Under the pieces are notes generated by a model. That model made no database searches and was not told the DNA's origin. It saw nothing but the letters and a program-made list of their open reading frames with translations. Source: an uncultured virus (IMG/VR IMGVR_UViG_3300022552_000007) (taxonomy: Duplodnaviria > Heunggongvirae > Uroviricota > Caudoviricetes). Taken from it: a stretch of 64,000 nt of DNA. The stretch is taken from the IMG/VR virus record IMGVR_UViG_3300022552_000007. The stretch is one strand, 5' to 3'. The translations under genes and the position numbers were made by a program. Shown here in pieces: positions 36,148-45,977 of the stretch; position 1 is the first letter of the stretch, and each line of letters starts with the position of its first letter.

Positions 36148-36600
36148 ATGGCGGAACTTGGATATCGTAACATCTACGAAGTAACTGGCGGGAAATTCAC
36201 ACTAACCCGGTTCGAGCGGGACCGGGTTAGTGGCCGCAAATTGGTCCGTGAAACCTATATGACCGGTCAACAATTCACCGCGTACAACTATGAGGTGCCT
36301 GCGGGTTTCATGGACTTGGTAAAGGTGGTGGGGCCTGCGCCGGAGGAAAAGCCGGTCCCACCACCGAAACGGGAAGTGCCCACTGAGGATCGTGATGGTA
36401 AATATGGAAAGGAGACCACGACACGAGGCCGCAAATCGCCGGAACCGCCCAAGAAAAAGTCCTCAGAGAAACCACTGCCGGAAGAAAAAGAAGTTGCCGA
36501 AGTGAAGACAAAGGCGAAGGCAAAAGTAACAAAGGTCAAGGCAGCGAAGAAAGGAGAAGACAAGCCTGTCCCTTTGCCCCGAGTGCGTCGCCGGAAGTAG
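36148..36600 (+). CDS. Hypothetical protein with Lys/Pro-rich tail
   Basis: GAGGAG RBS; follows the capsid gene. Confidence 0.65.
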   Translation: MAELGYRNIYEVTGGKFTLTRFERDRVSGRKLVRETYMTGQQFTAYNYEVPAGFMDLVKVVGPAPEEKPVPPPKREVPTEDRDGKYGKETTTRGRKSPEPPKKKSSEKPLPEEKEVAEVKTKAKAKVTKVKAAKKGEDKPVPLPRVRRRK

Positions 36601-37178
36601 TTTACATTCTCGGTGGCGGACCGTCGCTGCTGACTGTGCCGTATCAAAAGACTGAGGGCCGTTTTTGTATTGCAGTAAACAATTCTTATCGTGTGGCCCC
36701 GTGGGCTGCGTGCGTTTGGTTTGGTGATATCAAATGGTGGGATTGGCACAAGGAGGCACTTTTGGCCGGAACGATGCCCATAGTAACTTGTTGCGAGAAT
36801 GCCCGCCTGCGCCATTTGTGGGGCAGCACCCGCATCAAGTTCTACCACCGTGATGGAAACAAGCGCGACGGGTTGACTACTCGACCGGGCGACTTTGTTT
36901 CATGGAATCGCAGTAGTGGGGCCGCCGCCATCAGTCTTGCCCACCGTTTGGGGGCAAAACGCATCATACTCCTCGGCTTTGATATGCGGTTGGTCGGCGG
37001 CCAAAAGAATTGGCATGACGATCATATTGAAAAATTCCACAAGCCTTTTTACCGCCACCTGAAATCGTTTCCCACCATCGCTCGCGATGCCCGTGATTTG
37101 GGCATTGAAATTCTCAACGCCACCCCTGGCAGTGCCATCAAAGATTTTCCAATTGTCGATTTGGAGGATGTACTGTGA
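36570..37178 (+). CDS. DUF115/MptE-like (Maf/sialyltransferase-like) domain; true start unclear
   Basis: VVYILGGGPSL lies in-frame upstream of the first start (36636); IAVN, SSG, GAKRIILLGFDM, ILNATPGS. Confidence 0.65.
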   Translation, partial: PFAPSASPEVVYILGGGPSLLTVPYQKTEGRFCIAVNNSYRVAPWAACVWFGDIKWWDWHKEALLAGTMPIVTCCENARLRHLWGSTRIKFYHRDGNKRDGLTTRPGDFVSWNRSSGAAAISLAHRLGAKRIILLGFDMRLVGGQKNWHDDHIEKFHKPFYRHLKSFPTIARDARDLGIEILNATPGSAIKDFPIVDLEDVL

Positions 37179-38086
37179 TGGATTTTTCCGGCCGTCGCAT
37201 AACCATTGTGGGCGATATTATGTTGGACCGCTACATTCGCGGCACTTGTGCACGAGTGAGCCCGGAGGCACCAGTTCCCGTGGTTGCGGTCGAATCTGTA
37301 CAGGATAGCCTGGGTGGGGCGGGGAACGTGGCTGCTAACTGTGCTTCGCTTGGCTGTCAGGTGGATTTGGTGGGGGCATGTGGACAAGATGTGAGTGTTA
37401 ATCAGGAAACCGATTTGGTTCATGACGCAGCACGTGGGAGAGGCATTGAGCCGTGGTTATACCCGGTAGCCGGTTGCACTACGGTTAAAACCCGCATTAT
37501 CGCCAATGGTCAACAAGTGGTTCGGTATGATGTTGATGGAGAAGTGCGGCGTGCTTTAGTGCTTGATCGGAACGCATACCAATATGCACATGCTATCATC
37601 CTCAGTGATTATGGTAAGGGAGTGGTTTCGCTGGAGGTGGCGCAGGAAATGATTGCCACCAAAATTCCCGTTTTCGTTGACCCCAAGGATGGCGATTGGA
37701 GAAAGTATCAGGGCGCTTTCTGTATCAAGCCAAATGAGTATGAATTGCAACAGCACTTAGGCTATCTTCCCGAAGATGAGCAGCTTTCTTTGGTTTTCGC
37801 TGGTCTTGCGGGAGAGTACGATTTTCAGTGTATTTTATTCACCCGTGGGGTTAGGGGAATGATGTTGTGGCGGCGCGGTTGGAATGCTCCAGTGAGGATT
37901 TCTGCCCTGGAGCAGGAAGTTTTTGACGTCAGCGGTGCGGGGGATACAGCTATCGCGGTGTTCGCAGCGGCGCAGGAGTTGGGTTTGTTGGGGGCCGCAC
38001 AGTTGGCCAATCGGGCTGCCGGGATAGTAGTAGGTAAGCGGGGCACTTCGGTGATCAGTTTAGAGGAGCTTTTGAAATGCGAATAG
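37175..38086 (+). CDS. rfaE: Heptose-7-phosphate kinase (RfaE/HldE domain I, HldA-like)
   Basis: GDIMLDRY, RVSPEAPVPV, GGAGNVAAN, LSDYGKG, VDPK, DVSGAGDT. Confidence 0.9.
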   Translation: MMDFSGRRITIVGDIMLDRYIRGTCARVSPEAPVPVVAVESVQDSLGGAGNVAANCASLGCQVDLVGACGQDVSVNQETDLVHDAARGRGIEPWLYPVAGCTTVKTRIIANGQQVVRYDVDGEVRRALVLDRNAYQYAHAIILSDYGKGVVSLEVAQEMIATKIPVFVDPKDGDWRKYQGAFCIKPNEYELQQHLGYLPEDEQLSLVFAGLAGEYDFQCILFTRGVRGMMLWRRGWNAPVRISALEQEVFDVSGAGDTAIAVFAAAQELGLLGAAQLANRAAGIVVGKRGTSVISLEELLKCE

Positions 38087-38409
38087 TTCTTGATCTTCCA
38101 GATTGGTGTGATGACCAAGCAATTAGAATTATTGCAGGCCAAGAACTGGTGGCCAAGAAGATGCCATGGGAAGACCGATGGAAGGTCAAAACGGTTCGCT
38201 GCAATAATTGCGGCGAGTGCTGTATGATGCTCAGTCCGGGCGATATGCCTCATGAAATAGACGATGAGGGTAAATGCTCTAAATTGGTGAAGGAAGGGGA
38301 TCAATGGTTGTGTTCTTTGCGGCAAAAGACATGGGTGCCATTATGTTGTGTGGATGATCCGTTGAAGGAAAATTCGCCAAATTGTTGTATTGAGTACGAG
38401 GAACAGTAA
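38077..38409 (+). CDS. Cys-cluster (CxxCxxCC) protein
   Basis: CNNCGECC...C...C. Confidence 0.55.
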   Translation: MRIVLDLPDWCDDQAIRIIAGQELVAKKMPWEDRWKVKTVRCNNCGECCMMLSPGDMPHEIDDEGKCSKLVKEGDQWLCSLRQKTWVPLCCVDDPLKENSPNCCIEYEEQ

Positions 38410-40917
38410 TTGCCAACATACCGAATAGATAGTCATGGGCATTCTATTATTTTGAATGCCGATGAGACCGCCGCAGGGTCCGAAGATGCCAACGTAGGGA
38501 GTTGGAGCGTTGATGATGAGTTCATCTTGGCGGTTCAGGTCTATTACAGTACCTGCAATAAGACGACTCAGTCCGAGCAGTTCAAGCTACAATTCAGCGA
38601 AGATGGCGGAGCTTGGACTGACGTGGGTTCTAGTACGGCAATTGCTTACGGCACCGGCACCACTTTAACAGATGATGCGTCAACATCCAATCAAAGATGT
38701 ACAAGTAGTGTAGGCGATTGTACGAGTGGCTACGAGGGCAGTCATAGCAATGAAGGCGACAATACTTTGCCTGATAGTGGCGGCATTAGTACTAGTGTTC
38801 GTCAGTGGAAAGAATTTCATTGGGCGCTGGACCCCGCTAATGCAAAAGGCGGCAGTACCTACACTTTTCGAGTGGTTAATATAACTAATAGCAATACTGC
38901 GTTATTGAATTCAATTTCCGCTAGTATTACCATCGAAGTCCCGTTGGTTTACGATACGGATTTATTTGATGGCAAGGCCAAAATCATCCTCAAAACTGAT
39001 GATCAGTTCGATGGCAAAGCAAAAATAAGCAGCATCGCCACCAACTTGTTCGACGGCGAGGCGAAAGTAAAAGACGCCGCCACCAACTTGTTCGACGGCG
39101 AGGCAAAAGTAAGCAGTACTGTCACCAACTTGTTCGATGGCAAGGCTGTTTTAGGGTCTTCGCATACAGATCTGTTTGATGGCAAGATCGTAGTCAAGGA
39201 TGTTGCCACCAATTTATTTGACGGCGAGGCAAAAATAGGCAGCGCCGTTGCCGATCTGTTTGATGGCGAAGTTCGGTTGTTTGCTTGGGCGGATGATCAA
39301 TTCGATGGCAAGGCTGTAGTGAAGGATGTTGCCACCAACTTGTTTGACGGTGAAGTGTACTTGTTCAATCTCGCCACTGATCAGTTCGACGGCGAGGCAA
39401 AAGTAAAAGGTGCTGCTACTGATTTGTTCGATGGCGAAGTTCGGCTGAATATACAAGCCGCCAATTTATTTGACGGCGAGGCAAAAGTAAAAGACATTAC
39501 CACCAACTTGTTTGATGGCGAAGTTCGGTTGTTTGCCTGGGCAGATGATCAATTCGACGGCAAGGCTGTTTTGGGGTCCTTGCGTACAGATCAATTCGAT
39601 GGCAAGGCTGTGGTGAGGGATGTTGCCACCAATTTATTTGACGGCGAGGCGAAGATAGGCAGTGCTGCTACTGATCAATTCGACGGCAAGGCTGTTTTGG
39701 GGTCCTTGCGTACAGATCAATTCGATGGCAAGACCATAGTTAAGGACGTCGTTATTAATTTGTTTGACGGCGAAGCGAAAGTTCTTTTAAAAACAGCGGA
39801 TCTTTTTGATGGTGCCGCAAAGGTTGTCTTGAAGGGCGCTGATTTATTTGATGGATCTTTGCAGCTTTATCAACAAGCCGCCAACTTGTTCGATGGTGAG
39901 GCAAAAGTAAAAGACGCCGCCATTAACGTGTTCGATGGTGAGGCGAAGGTAAAAGACACCGCCACCAACTTGTTCGATGGTGAAGTGTATTTATTCGATC
40001 TTGCCACGAACCTGTTCGACGGATCTTCAAAAATTTGTCAACAGGCCACCAATCTATTCGATGGCGCTGTTTATTTTTATAAAAAAGCCACCAACTTGTT
40101 TGATGGTACTTCCTATATTACTGAAAGTGGCAGTGCTGCGGATCAATTCGATGGCAAGGCTGTAGTGAAGGGTGTTGCCACCAACTTGTTTGACGGCGAA
40201 GTCCGGTTGTTTGCCTGGGCAGATGATCTGTTTGATGGAAGAATGTATTTGTTTCGTCAAGCAGTAGATTTATTTGATGGTACGGCAAAAGTAAAAGATA
40301 CCGCTATCGACTTGTTCGACGGATGCGCAGTGGTCAAGATGTGCGGCATGGATTTGTTCGACGGTCGGACAGTTTTGAAGTCGTTGGCTACTGGTTTGTT
40401 CGATGGCAAGGCCGTGGTGAAGTCTTTGTTCATTGGTTTGTTTGATGGCAAAGCTGTTCTTTATTCAATAGTTGCAGATCAGTTCGACGGTAAGGCAGCG
40501 GTTAAGGACGCCGCAGTTCTTTCTTACGATGGAAAACTAGTGGTTTTTGACCGGGCTGTTGATTTGTTTGATGGACAGGCGGTTTTGGCGGTATATGATA
40601 CAGGCTTGTTTGATGGTCGAACGGCCGTGGTTTTTGGAAAAACGGATTTGTTTGACGGTCGGACGGTCCTTATCGACGCAACAACTGTCGCCACCTTTTT
40701 GTTTGATGGTAAAGTTCGATTTGTTTATTCAGCATGCGGTCGTCCGGTTTTTTCTTTTGTAGCAGCGGTTCCAGGTGCTACAATAATGGCGGGCAAACCT
40801 GAAGTGATTTTTGACGTAAATCGGCCTTTGGCTACTTTTGACGTAAATCGGCCTTTGGCTACTTTTGATGTGAATCGGCCCTTGGCCACTTTTGCGGTAA
40901 GACCGTGCAATAATTAA
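38410..40917 (+). CDS. Putative virion fibre protein with ~40 tandem 14-aa FDG repeats
   Basis: Ser/Thr-rich N-domain, then repeats of the type ATNLFDGEAKVKD. Confidence 0.7.
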   Translation: MPTYRIDSHGHSIILNADETAAGSEDANVGSWSVDDEFILAVQVYYSTCNKTTQSEQFKLQFSEDGGAWTDVGSSTAIAYGTGTTLTDDASTSNQRCTSSVGDCTSGYEGSHSNEGDNTLPDSGGISTSVRQWKEFHWALDPANAKGGSTYTFRVVNITNSNTALLNSISASITIEVPLVYDTDLFDGKAKIILKTDDQFDGKAKISSIATNLFDGEAKVKDAATNLFDGEAKVSSTVTNLFDGKAVLGSSHTDLFDGKIVVKDVATNLFDGEAKIGSAVADLFDGEVRLFAWADDQFDGKAVVKDVATNLFDGEVYLFNLATDQFDGEAKVKGAATDLFDGEVRLNIQAANLFDGEAKVKDITTNLFDGEVRLFAWADDQFDGKAVLGSLRTDQFDGKAVVRDVATNLFDGEAKIGSAATDQFDGKAVLGSLRTDQFDGKTIVKDVVINLFDGEAKVLLKTADLFDGAAKVVLKGADLFDGSLQLYQQAANLFDGEAKVKDAAINVFDGEAKVKDTATNLFDGEVYLFDLATNLFDGSSKICQQATNLFDGAVYFYKKATNLFDGTSYITESGSAADQFDGKAVVKGVATNLFDGEVRLFAWADDLFDGRMYLFRQAVDLFDGTAKVKDTAIDLFDGCAVVKMCGMDLFDGRTVLKSLATGLFDGKAVVKSLFIGLFDGKAVLYSIVADQFDGKAAVKDAAVLSYDGKLVVFDRAVDLFDGQAVLAVYDTGLFDGRTAVVFGKTDLFDGRTVLIDATTVATFLFDGKVRFVYSACGRPVFSFVAAVPGATIMAGKPEVIFDVNRPLATFDVNRPLATFDVNRPLATFAVRPCNN

Positions 40918-40930
40918 GGAGGTAAGAAAA

Positions 40931-41509
40931 ATGGCAGAACCTACGACAAGATTTAGATTAATTCCCAACAATACCCCGACTGGTTCCGTGGATACTGCTG
41001 CGGAGCGTCTTGCGGCGATTTCTGGCGAATCAACGATCAGTACTGGGGTGGGAAATGAGGCGGATTTTGGAACCATTGACATCAGTGGCGGAGCTGCTGA
41101 CAGCGACGTGCTCACTATGTTGTGGGATGTTACCGCTGATGGGGGCAACACTCTAGTGGAGAGCTTCAAGCTGTGGATGTCGAGTAACGGATTCGATCAG
41201 GCGGGCAGCGTTTGCAAGCTTCAGGCTCTTTCTGGTGCTGATCAGAGCTCTCCTTCTAACACCGAAAATTACATAGTTAGTGCCACCCCAGCGAGCTATA
41301 CTTGGGGCGACATGCCGGAATCGGAGCCGGGTTCACAGAATGTATGGCCCAGCGATGAGGGCACCAGTATGACACTGTCCACCACCAGCGATGATGCTGT
41401 CATGTGGGCGATGTATCTGGCAATCGCATCCGGAGAAACCACGGGCACCTACAAGGGCACTGATAGTGGGTATGAACTTCAGTTTTCGTTCAAGTATGCC
41501 TACAGTTGA
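40931..41509 (+). CDS. Putative virion structural protein
   Basis: AAGGAGG RBS; acidic, Ser/Thr/Gly-rich. Confidence 0.6.
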   Translation: MAEPTTRFRLIPNNTPTGSVDTAAERLAAISGESTISTGVGNEADFGTIDISGGAADSDVLTMLWDVTADGGNTLVESFKLWMSSNGFDQAGSVCKLQALSGADQSSPSNTENYIVSATPASYTWGDMPESEPGSQNVWPSDEGTSMTLSTTSDDAVMWAMYLAIASGETTGTYKGTDSGYELQFSFKYAYS

Positions 41510-41526
41510 TTGGGGGCTTCCTAACC

Positions 41527-41922
41527 ATGGAAAGAATGTATCATCTTGATAACATCTACAAAGGCCGTTGGCAGGAGTACTACCTTGCGGATGGACGTGT
41601 GTATGATAGCCGCGAGATCTATTGGCGGCTCATCGAGTGGGAAAAGGTTGTGAAGATAATCACCTATATCCGCAACAAGCGATACGTTACGCATTGTCGA
41701 AATCCCAATTTTCGGTTTTTTGTGGTTTACCGGTGGGCCGGACAAGAGTGGGTGCGGGGCGAACTTCGCAGAATTCGGCAGTGGGCGGTGGGATGGAGTG
41801 ATGGGCGGCGGTCTTTTATGACGGATATTGAGTTCAAGACTGGGGAAATCCGCCGCCAATATGTGGTAGATAATAAAGATATCGAGGGGCATATACATCC
41901 TCGTGTCCAATGGGGGCAGTGA
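41527..41922 (+). CDS. Hypothetical protein
   Basis: ORF in operon. Confidence 0.55.
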   Translation: MERMYHLDNIYKGRWQEYYLADGRVYDSREIYWRLIEWEKVVKIITYIRNKRYVTHCRNPNFRFFVVYRWAGQEWVRGELRRIRQWAVGWSDGRRSFMTDIEFKTGEIRRQYVVDNKDIEGHIHPRVQWGQ

Positions 41923-42275
41923 TGGCAATCAGTCGGTTGACAACGGCGCTGAAAGAAAATGGGTCGGCGGAAATTACCGTGGCTTTGTCTGGAGCTAACG
42001 GGGCTGCGGTAACTCCGTTGACTTTCTTTTGGACTTGGACGGATGTGGGCGGCACCGTGATTAACAACCGCCAAAATGTGGAAGTTACTGGTGCTGATCT
42101 TGGTGAAGAGGTTGTCATTAAGCTTAATGGTGCGGATCTGCCGGTGAGTGGGATGGCGCAGCGTGTTGGAGTGCTGTCCATCCTTGCTACTTATTTGGAT
42201 CAGGATGGTGATGTCATGAATATTACTGACGCGGTAGAGGTTGTAATTGACCGCATAATTGGGTTTGGAACATGA
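41922..42275 (+). CDS. Hypothetical beta-rich protein
   Basis: Start coupled to upstream stop. Confidence 0.55.
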   Translation: MAISRLTTALKENGSAEITVALSGANGAAVTPLTFFWTWTDVGGTVINNRQNVEVTGADLGEEVVIKLNGADLPVSGMAQRVGVLSILATYLDQDGDVMNITDAVEVVIDRIIGFGT

Positions 42276-42284
42276 CCCTACAAA

Positions 42285-42599
42285 GTGAGTACTCAAATGA
42301 CCGACGATCAAACTCAAGCGCGGTTGGATAACATCGAACGAAAACTCGATGACATTTCTGAAACGCTATCGCAAATCGCCGTCCAGCGGGATCGACTTGA
42401 ACGGCTCGATGAACAGATGCGGTCTTTGTGGAAGCGTTATGATGCTCTTGTTGAGCCAGAGGGAGTGTTATCCAGACTTGGCACTTTCCAAGCGTCTTGT
42501 CCCCGAAATCAAATCCGTTGGGTATGGGTTACTTTGGTTCCATTAGTTTTTACTCAGTTGGTTTTTTGCTTTGCGTTGTTGAAATTGCTGGCCAATTAA
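42285..42599 (+). CDS. Coiled-coil protein with C-terminal TM helix (possibly lysis-associated)
   Basis: Hydrophobic C-terminus; directly before the endolysin. Confidence 0.5.
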   Translation: MSTQMTDDQTQARLDNIERKLDDISETLSQIAVQRDRLERLDEQMRSLWKRYDALVEPEGVLSRLGTFQASCPRNQIRWVWVTLVPLVFTQLVFCFALLKLLAN

Positions 42600-42630
42600 C
42601 CTTTGATTTTACATCATCGAGGCGGATAAA

Positions 42631-42999
42631 ATGGGGAATCTAAGTGAGCACTTTGATCGGGCAGAATTCCAGTGTCGTTGCGGTTGTGGTTGGGATACTG
42701 TGGATGCCGAATTGATCCGGGTTTTGGAGGATCTGCGGCAAAGTTTAGATAATCGACCGATCACTATCAATAGCGGGTGTCGTTGCAAGATGTACAATGC
42801 TTTGGTGGGCGGGTCGCCAAAAAGCCAGCATCTTCTTGGCAAGGCAGCCGACATTCGGGTGGAGGGCTTTGATCCGTCGGAAGTGGCTGATTTTTTGGAG
42901 GATAAGTATTCAAATTGTTACGGAATTGGGCGTTATGATTCATTTACTCATGTTGATGTTCGTAGTGGAGCGCCTGCTCGATGGGGAGGGAAAATCTAA
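42631..42999 (+). CDS. Endolysin, peptidase M15A family
   Basis: EFQCRCGCG, INSGCRC, SQHLLGKAAD, FTHVDVR. Confidence 0.9.
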   Translation: MGNLSEHFDRAEFQCRCGCGWDTVDAELIRVLEDLRQSLDNRPITINSGCRCKMYNALVGGSPKSQHLLGKAADIRVEGFDPSEVADFLEDKYSNCYGIGRYDSFTHVDVRSGAPARWGGKI

Positions 43000-43001
43000 C
43001 C

Positions 43002-44015
43002 ATGACTTTTCTTGCTGCTGTTTTGCGGGAATTCAATAAGCCGTTGGATTTGGTGGAATTACAAAAACCGAAATTTTTGGCGCCTGAACAGGTTTGGGTA
43101 AGATTTCATGCCGCAGCTATCTGCGGCGCGCAGATCAATGAAATCGCCGGGGCCAAAGGACCAGATCCGCATTTGCCGCATTTGTTGGGCCACGAGGGCT
43201 ATGGGCAAGTTGAGGCAGTGGGTTTGGGTGTTACTACCGTGAAAAAGGGCGACTGGGTGGTTGCCCATTGGCGTAAAGGCTTGGGCGCGGAAGCGCCTCC
43301 GCCAGTGTACTTAACCACGCATGGCGGAAAGGTCGGCGCAGGGCCGATCAGCACTTTCGCTGAATACGGGTTGATTAGCGAAAATCGTCTCACCCCAATC
43401 CCCATTGTATTCCCAAGTGTGGGCGCTTTGCTTGGCTGTGCTGCGACTACCGGCATTGGAGCCGTTGTTCATGAAGCGAACGTCAAGCCCGGAGAATCCG
43501 TTTTGGTTGTTGGTGTCGGCGGCGTGGGCCTGTGCGCCGTTATGGGGGCTCGATTGGTTAATGCGCATCCTATTTGTGCAGTGGATAAACAGGATGCTAA
43601 ATTGCGGCTAGCTTACCATTTGGGAGCGGATATTTGCGGTTCCTGGAGAGAGATGGAGCGGCAGTTTGATGCGGTGATTGAAACTACCGGAAGACCGGAA
43701 ATGATTGAATGGGCGTTGACAAGAACAGCCCCCAATGGCGGGCGTTTGATTCTCGTAGGACAGCCTGCTGTTGATGAGGAAGTATCTTTTGCTGATTTCC
43801 GGCAGCATTATTTTGGTAAAACCATCAAGGATAGTCAAGGCGGGGGCACTCTGCCGCATCGGGATATTCCTCGTTTGGTGCGACTTTACGAGGAGAACAG
43901 ACTGCCGTTGTCTCATGTAATAACGGATTCTTGCCCTTTGAAGGACATTAACCGGGGAATTGATGCTGTGCGAAAAGGGGAGGTGGTGGGCCGGTGTACG
44001 ATAACGATGGCGTGA
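43002..44015 (+). CDS. Zinc-dependent medium-chain dehydrogenase
   Basis: ICG, LGHEG, LGCA, GVGGVG. Confidence 0.9.
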   Translation: MTFLAAVLREFNKPLDLVELQKPKFLAPEQVWVRFHAAAICGAQINEIAGAKGPDPHLPHLLGHEGYGQVEAVGLGVTTVKKGDWVVAHWRKGLGAEAPPPVYLTTHGGKVGAGPISTFAEYGLISENRLTPIPIVFPSVGALLGCAATTGIGAVVHEANVKPGESVLVVGVGGVGLCAVMGARLVNAHPICAVDKQDAKLRLAYHLGADICGSWREMERQFDAVIETTGRPEMIEWALTRTAPNGGRLILVGQPAVDEEVSFADFRQHYFGKTIKDSQGGGTLPHRDIPRLVRLYEENRLPLSHVITDSCPLKDINRGIDAVRKGEVVGRCTITMA

Positions 44016-44770
44016 TAGAGCGTGAAGTCAAGCGGCTTCGTCAGGAACTGCGAATTTACCGTTGCGGCGGGATGACTAAAATCCGTCTAGGTCGTCGAGG
44101 CGATGGCGGATATGTGGTTTTGAGAGAGCCGCTTTATTCTTGCGAAATCCTTTATAGTTACGGCATTGGTGATGATATATCATTTGAATTGGATTTTCTT
44201 CTCGCCAATTCCAACACGCGGGCTCTTTTGTACGATCCTACTATCACCGCCTTGCCCAAGACGCATTCCCGCGCTAAATTTTTTCGGGAAGCGTTTTCTC
44301 CACGGATTTTGGAACGGCGTAGCATGATGAAAGTGGATGTTGAGGGCGCCGAATGGGATGTGTTCTCTGCATGGCCTATTAGTGAGTTGGTAAAATTGGA
44401 TCAATTGGTAATTGAGTTTCATTTCATTCACGTTGCCCCTGCGCCTGGTTTATCCCCGTATTTTACCGATTTTTATCAAAAACAGATGGATAAAATAAAT
44501 GCGTGGCTGTTTTGTCGGTATCGGAATGTTCTTGTTCGGCTGAGCCGTGTTTTCCGTTTGGTACATCTCCATGTCAATAATAGCCTGCCGCCGATAGAGA
44601 TTGGTGGCGGACGAATGTATCCATTGATCGAATGCAGTTTCGTGAACCGGGATCTGCTCATAGAAGCAGCGCTTTCCGATGAAGTTTTCCCCATTGATGG
44701 ATTGGATTACCCCAATAAGACAGACCGGCCCGACGCGGCGGGAATCAAACCACCGGAGAAATTATGTTAA
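43994..44770 (+). CDS. FkbM/Methyltransf_22-like methyltransferase
   Basis: RLGRRGDGGY, SYGIGDDISFE, KVDVEGAEW, QLVIEFH. Confidence 0.8.
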   Translation: MYDNDGVIEREVKRLRQELRIYRCGGMTKIRLGRRGDGGYVVLREPLYSCEILYSYGIGDDISFELDFLLANSNTRALLYDPTITALPKTHSRAKFFREAFSPRILERRSMMKVDVEGAEWDVFSAWPISELVKLDQLVIEFHFIHVAPAPGLSPYFTDFYQKQMDKINAWLFCRYRNVLVRLSRVFRLVHLHVNNSLPPIEIGGGRMYPLIECSFVNRDLLIEAALSDEVFPIDGLDYPNKTDRPDAAGIKPPEKLC

Positions 44771-45498
44771 GCAAACGATCAAAAGAGGTGCGCAAAAAGG
44801 CGTTGGAACTTTCGCTAGCAAATGGTGGCTACCATTTTGGCGGAAGCTTTTCTTGCGCCGAAATCCTTATTGCGCTGTTCGATCATGTCTTGCAGGAAGA
44901 TGACGTGCTCATTCTTTCCAAGGGCCACGGTTGTTGGTGTTATTACGCACTGCTCCAGGAAAGGGGGTTCAGTCCGGCACTGGAGGGACACCCGCATCGT
45001 GATCCGCACAACGGCATCCCTTGGACTACCGGCAGTTTGGGTCACGGTCTCCCGGCAGGGTTTGGCATGGCGTTGGCCCGCAAAATGACAGGAAAACCGG
45101 GGCGGATTTTCGTGTTGATGGGTGACGGAGAACTACAAGAGGGCACCACCTGGGAGACCATGCTATTGGCGGGTCATCACAGAACCAATAACTTGATAGC
45201 TATTGTAGATAATAATCATTGTCAGGGCTCTGGTAGGTGCGAAGATATTCTTTATCCTACGCCATCTATTTGGTCTATCGCGGCTGCTATGGGGTGGACA
45301 AGCATGGGAGTGGACGGACACCATGTCGAACGTCTTCGGCACATAATCACTGTTCGCATGTCTATTGATAAGCCCTATATGATTTTTGCTGATACTGTGA
45401 AGGGCAAGGGAATCAGCTTCATGGAGGATCGGCCCGAGTGGCATGCGAAGTTTCCTAACCCGGAACAGTTAGAACAAATGATGAAGGAGCTGTCATGA
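44764..45498 (+). CDS. Transketolase, N-terminal TPP-binding subunit
   Basis: HFGGSFS, LSKGH, TGSLGHG, GDGELQEG, TVKGKG. Confidence 0.9.
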   Translation: MLSKRSKEVRKKALELSLANGGYHFGGSFSCAEILIALFDHVLQEDDVLILSKGHGCWCYYALLQERGFSPALEGHPHRDPHNGIPWTTGSLGHGLPAGFGMALARKMTGKPGRIFVLMGDGELQEGTTWETMLLAGHHRTNNLIAIVDNNHCQGSGRCEDILYPTPSIWSIAAAMGWTSMGVDGHHVERLRHIITVRMSIDKPYMIFADTVKGKGISFMEDRPEWHAKFPNPEQLEQMMKELS

Positions 45499-45977
45499 GA
45501 CGGGCATTCGGCAAGGCGGTGTTGCGGCTGGCAGAGAAAGATCCCAACGTGGTCTTGATCACTGGAGATGTGGAACAGGAAATTGCGGAGTACAAGGAAA
45601 AATATGCCGACCGCTATTTCAACTTTGGTCTTTGTGAGCAGTCCACTATCAGCGCGGCGGCGGGCATGGCTGCCGAAGGAATGCGTCCAGTGGTGTATAG
45701 TATCACTCCATTTTTGATTGAGCGCCCGTTTGAGCAGATTAAAATTGATGTGGATGAGCAGAACCTTCCGGTGATCCTGGTGGGCAACAGCGATTACCCC
45801 ACGCACGGGCCGACGCACCGGCCATTGAACGCGCCGGGGCTGGTGGCGTTGTTCAAGAACATCGTCGGCTTTTTTCCGCAGAATCAGTTCCAGGCTGAAA
45901 AGGCAATTTTGGATGCATACTTGATGCGAAAACCGGCAATCATTTGTCTTAGCAATGAAAGGTTCCCTTTTTTCTGA
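45495..45977 (+). CDS. Transketolase, pyrimidine-binding subunit (short)
   Basis: NFGLCEQ, AAGMA, ERPFEQIK, GPTH. Confidence 0.85.
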   Translation: MRRAFGKAVLRLAEKDPNVVLITGDVEQEIAEYKEKYADRYFNFGLCEQSTISAAAGMAAEGMRPVVYSITPFLIERPFEQIKIDVDEQNLPVILVGNSDYPTHGPTHRPLNAPGLVALFKNIVGFFPQNQFQAEKAILDAYLMRKPAIICLSNERFPFF

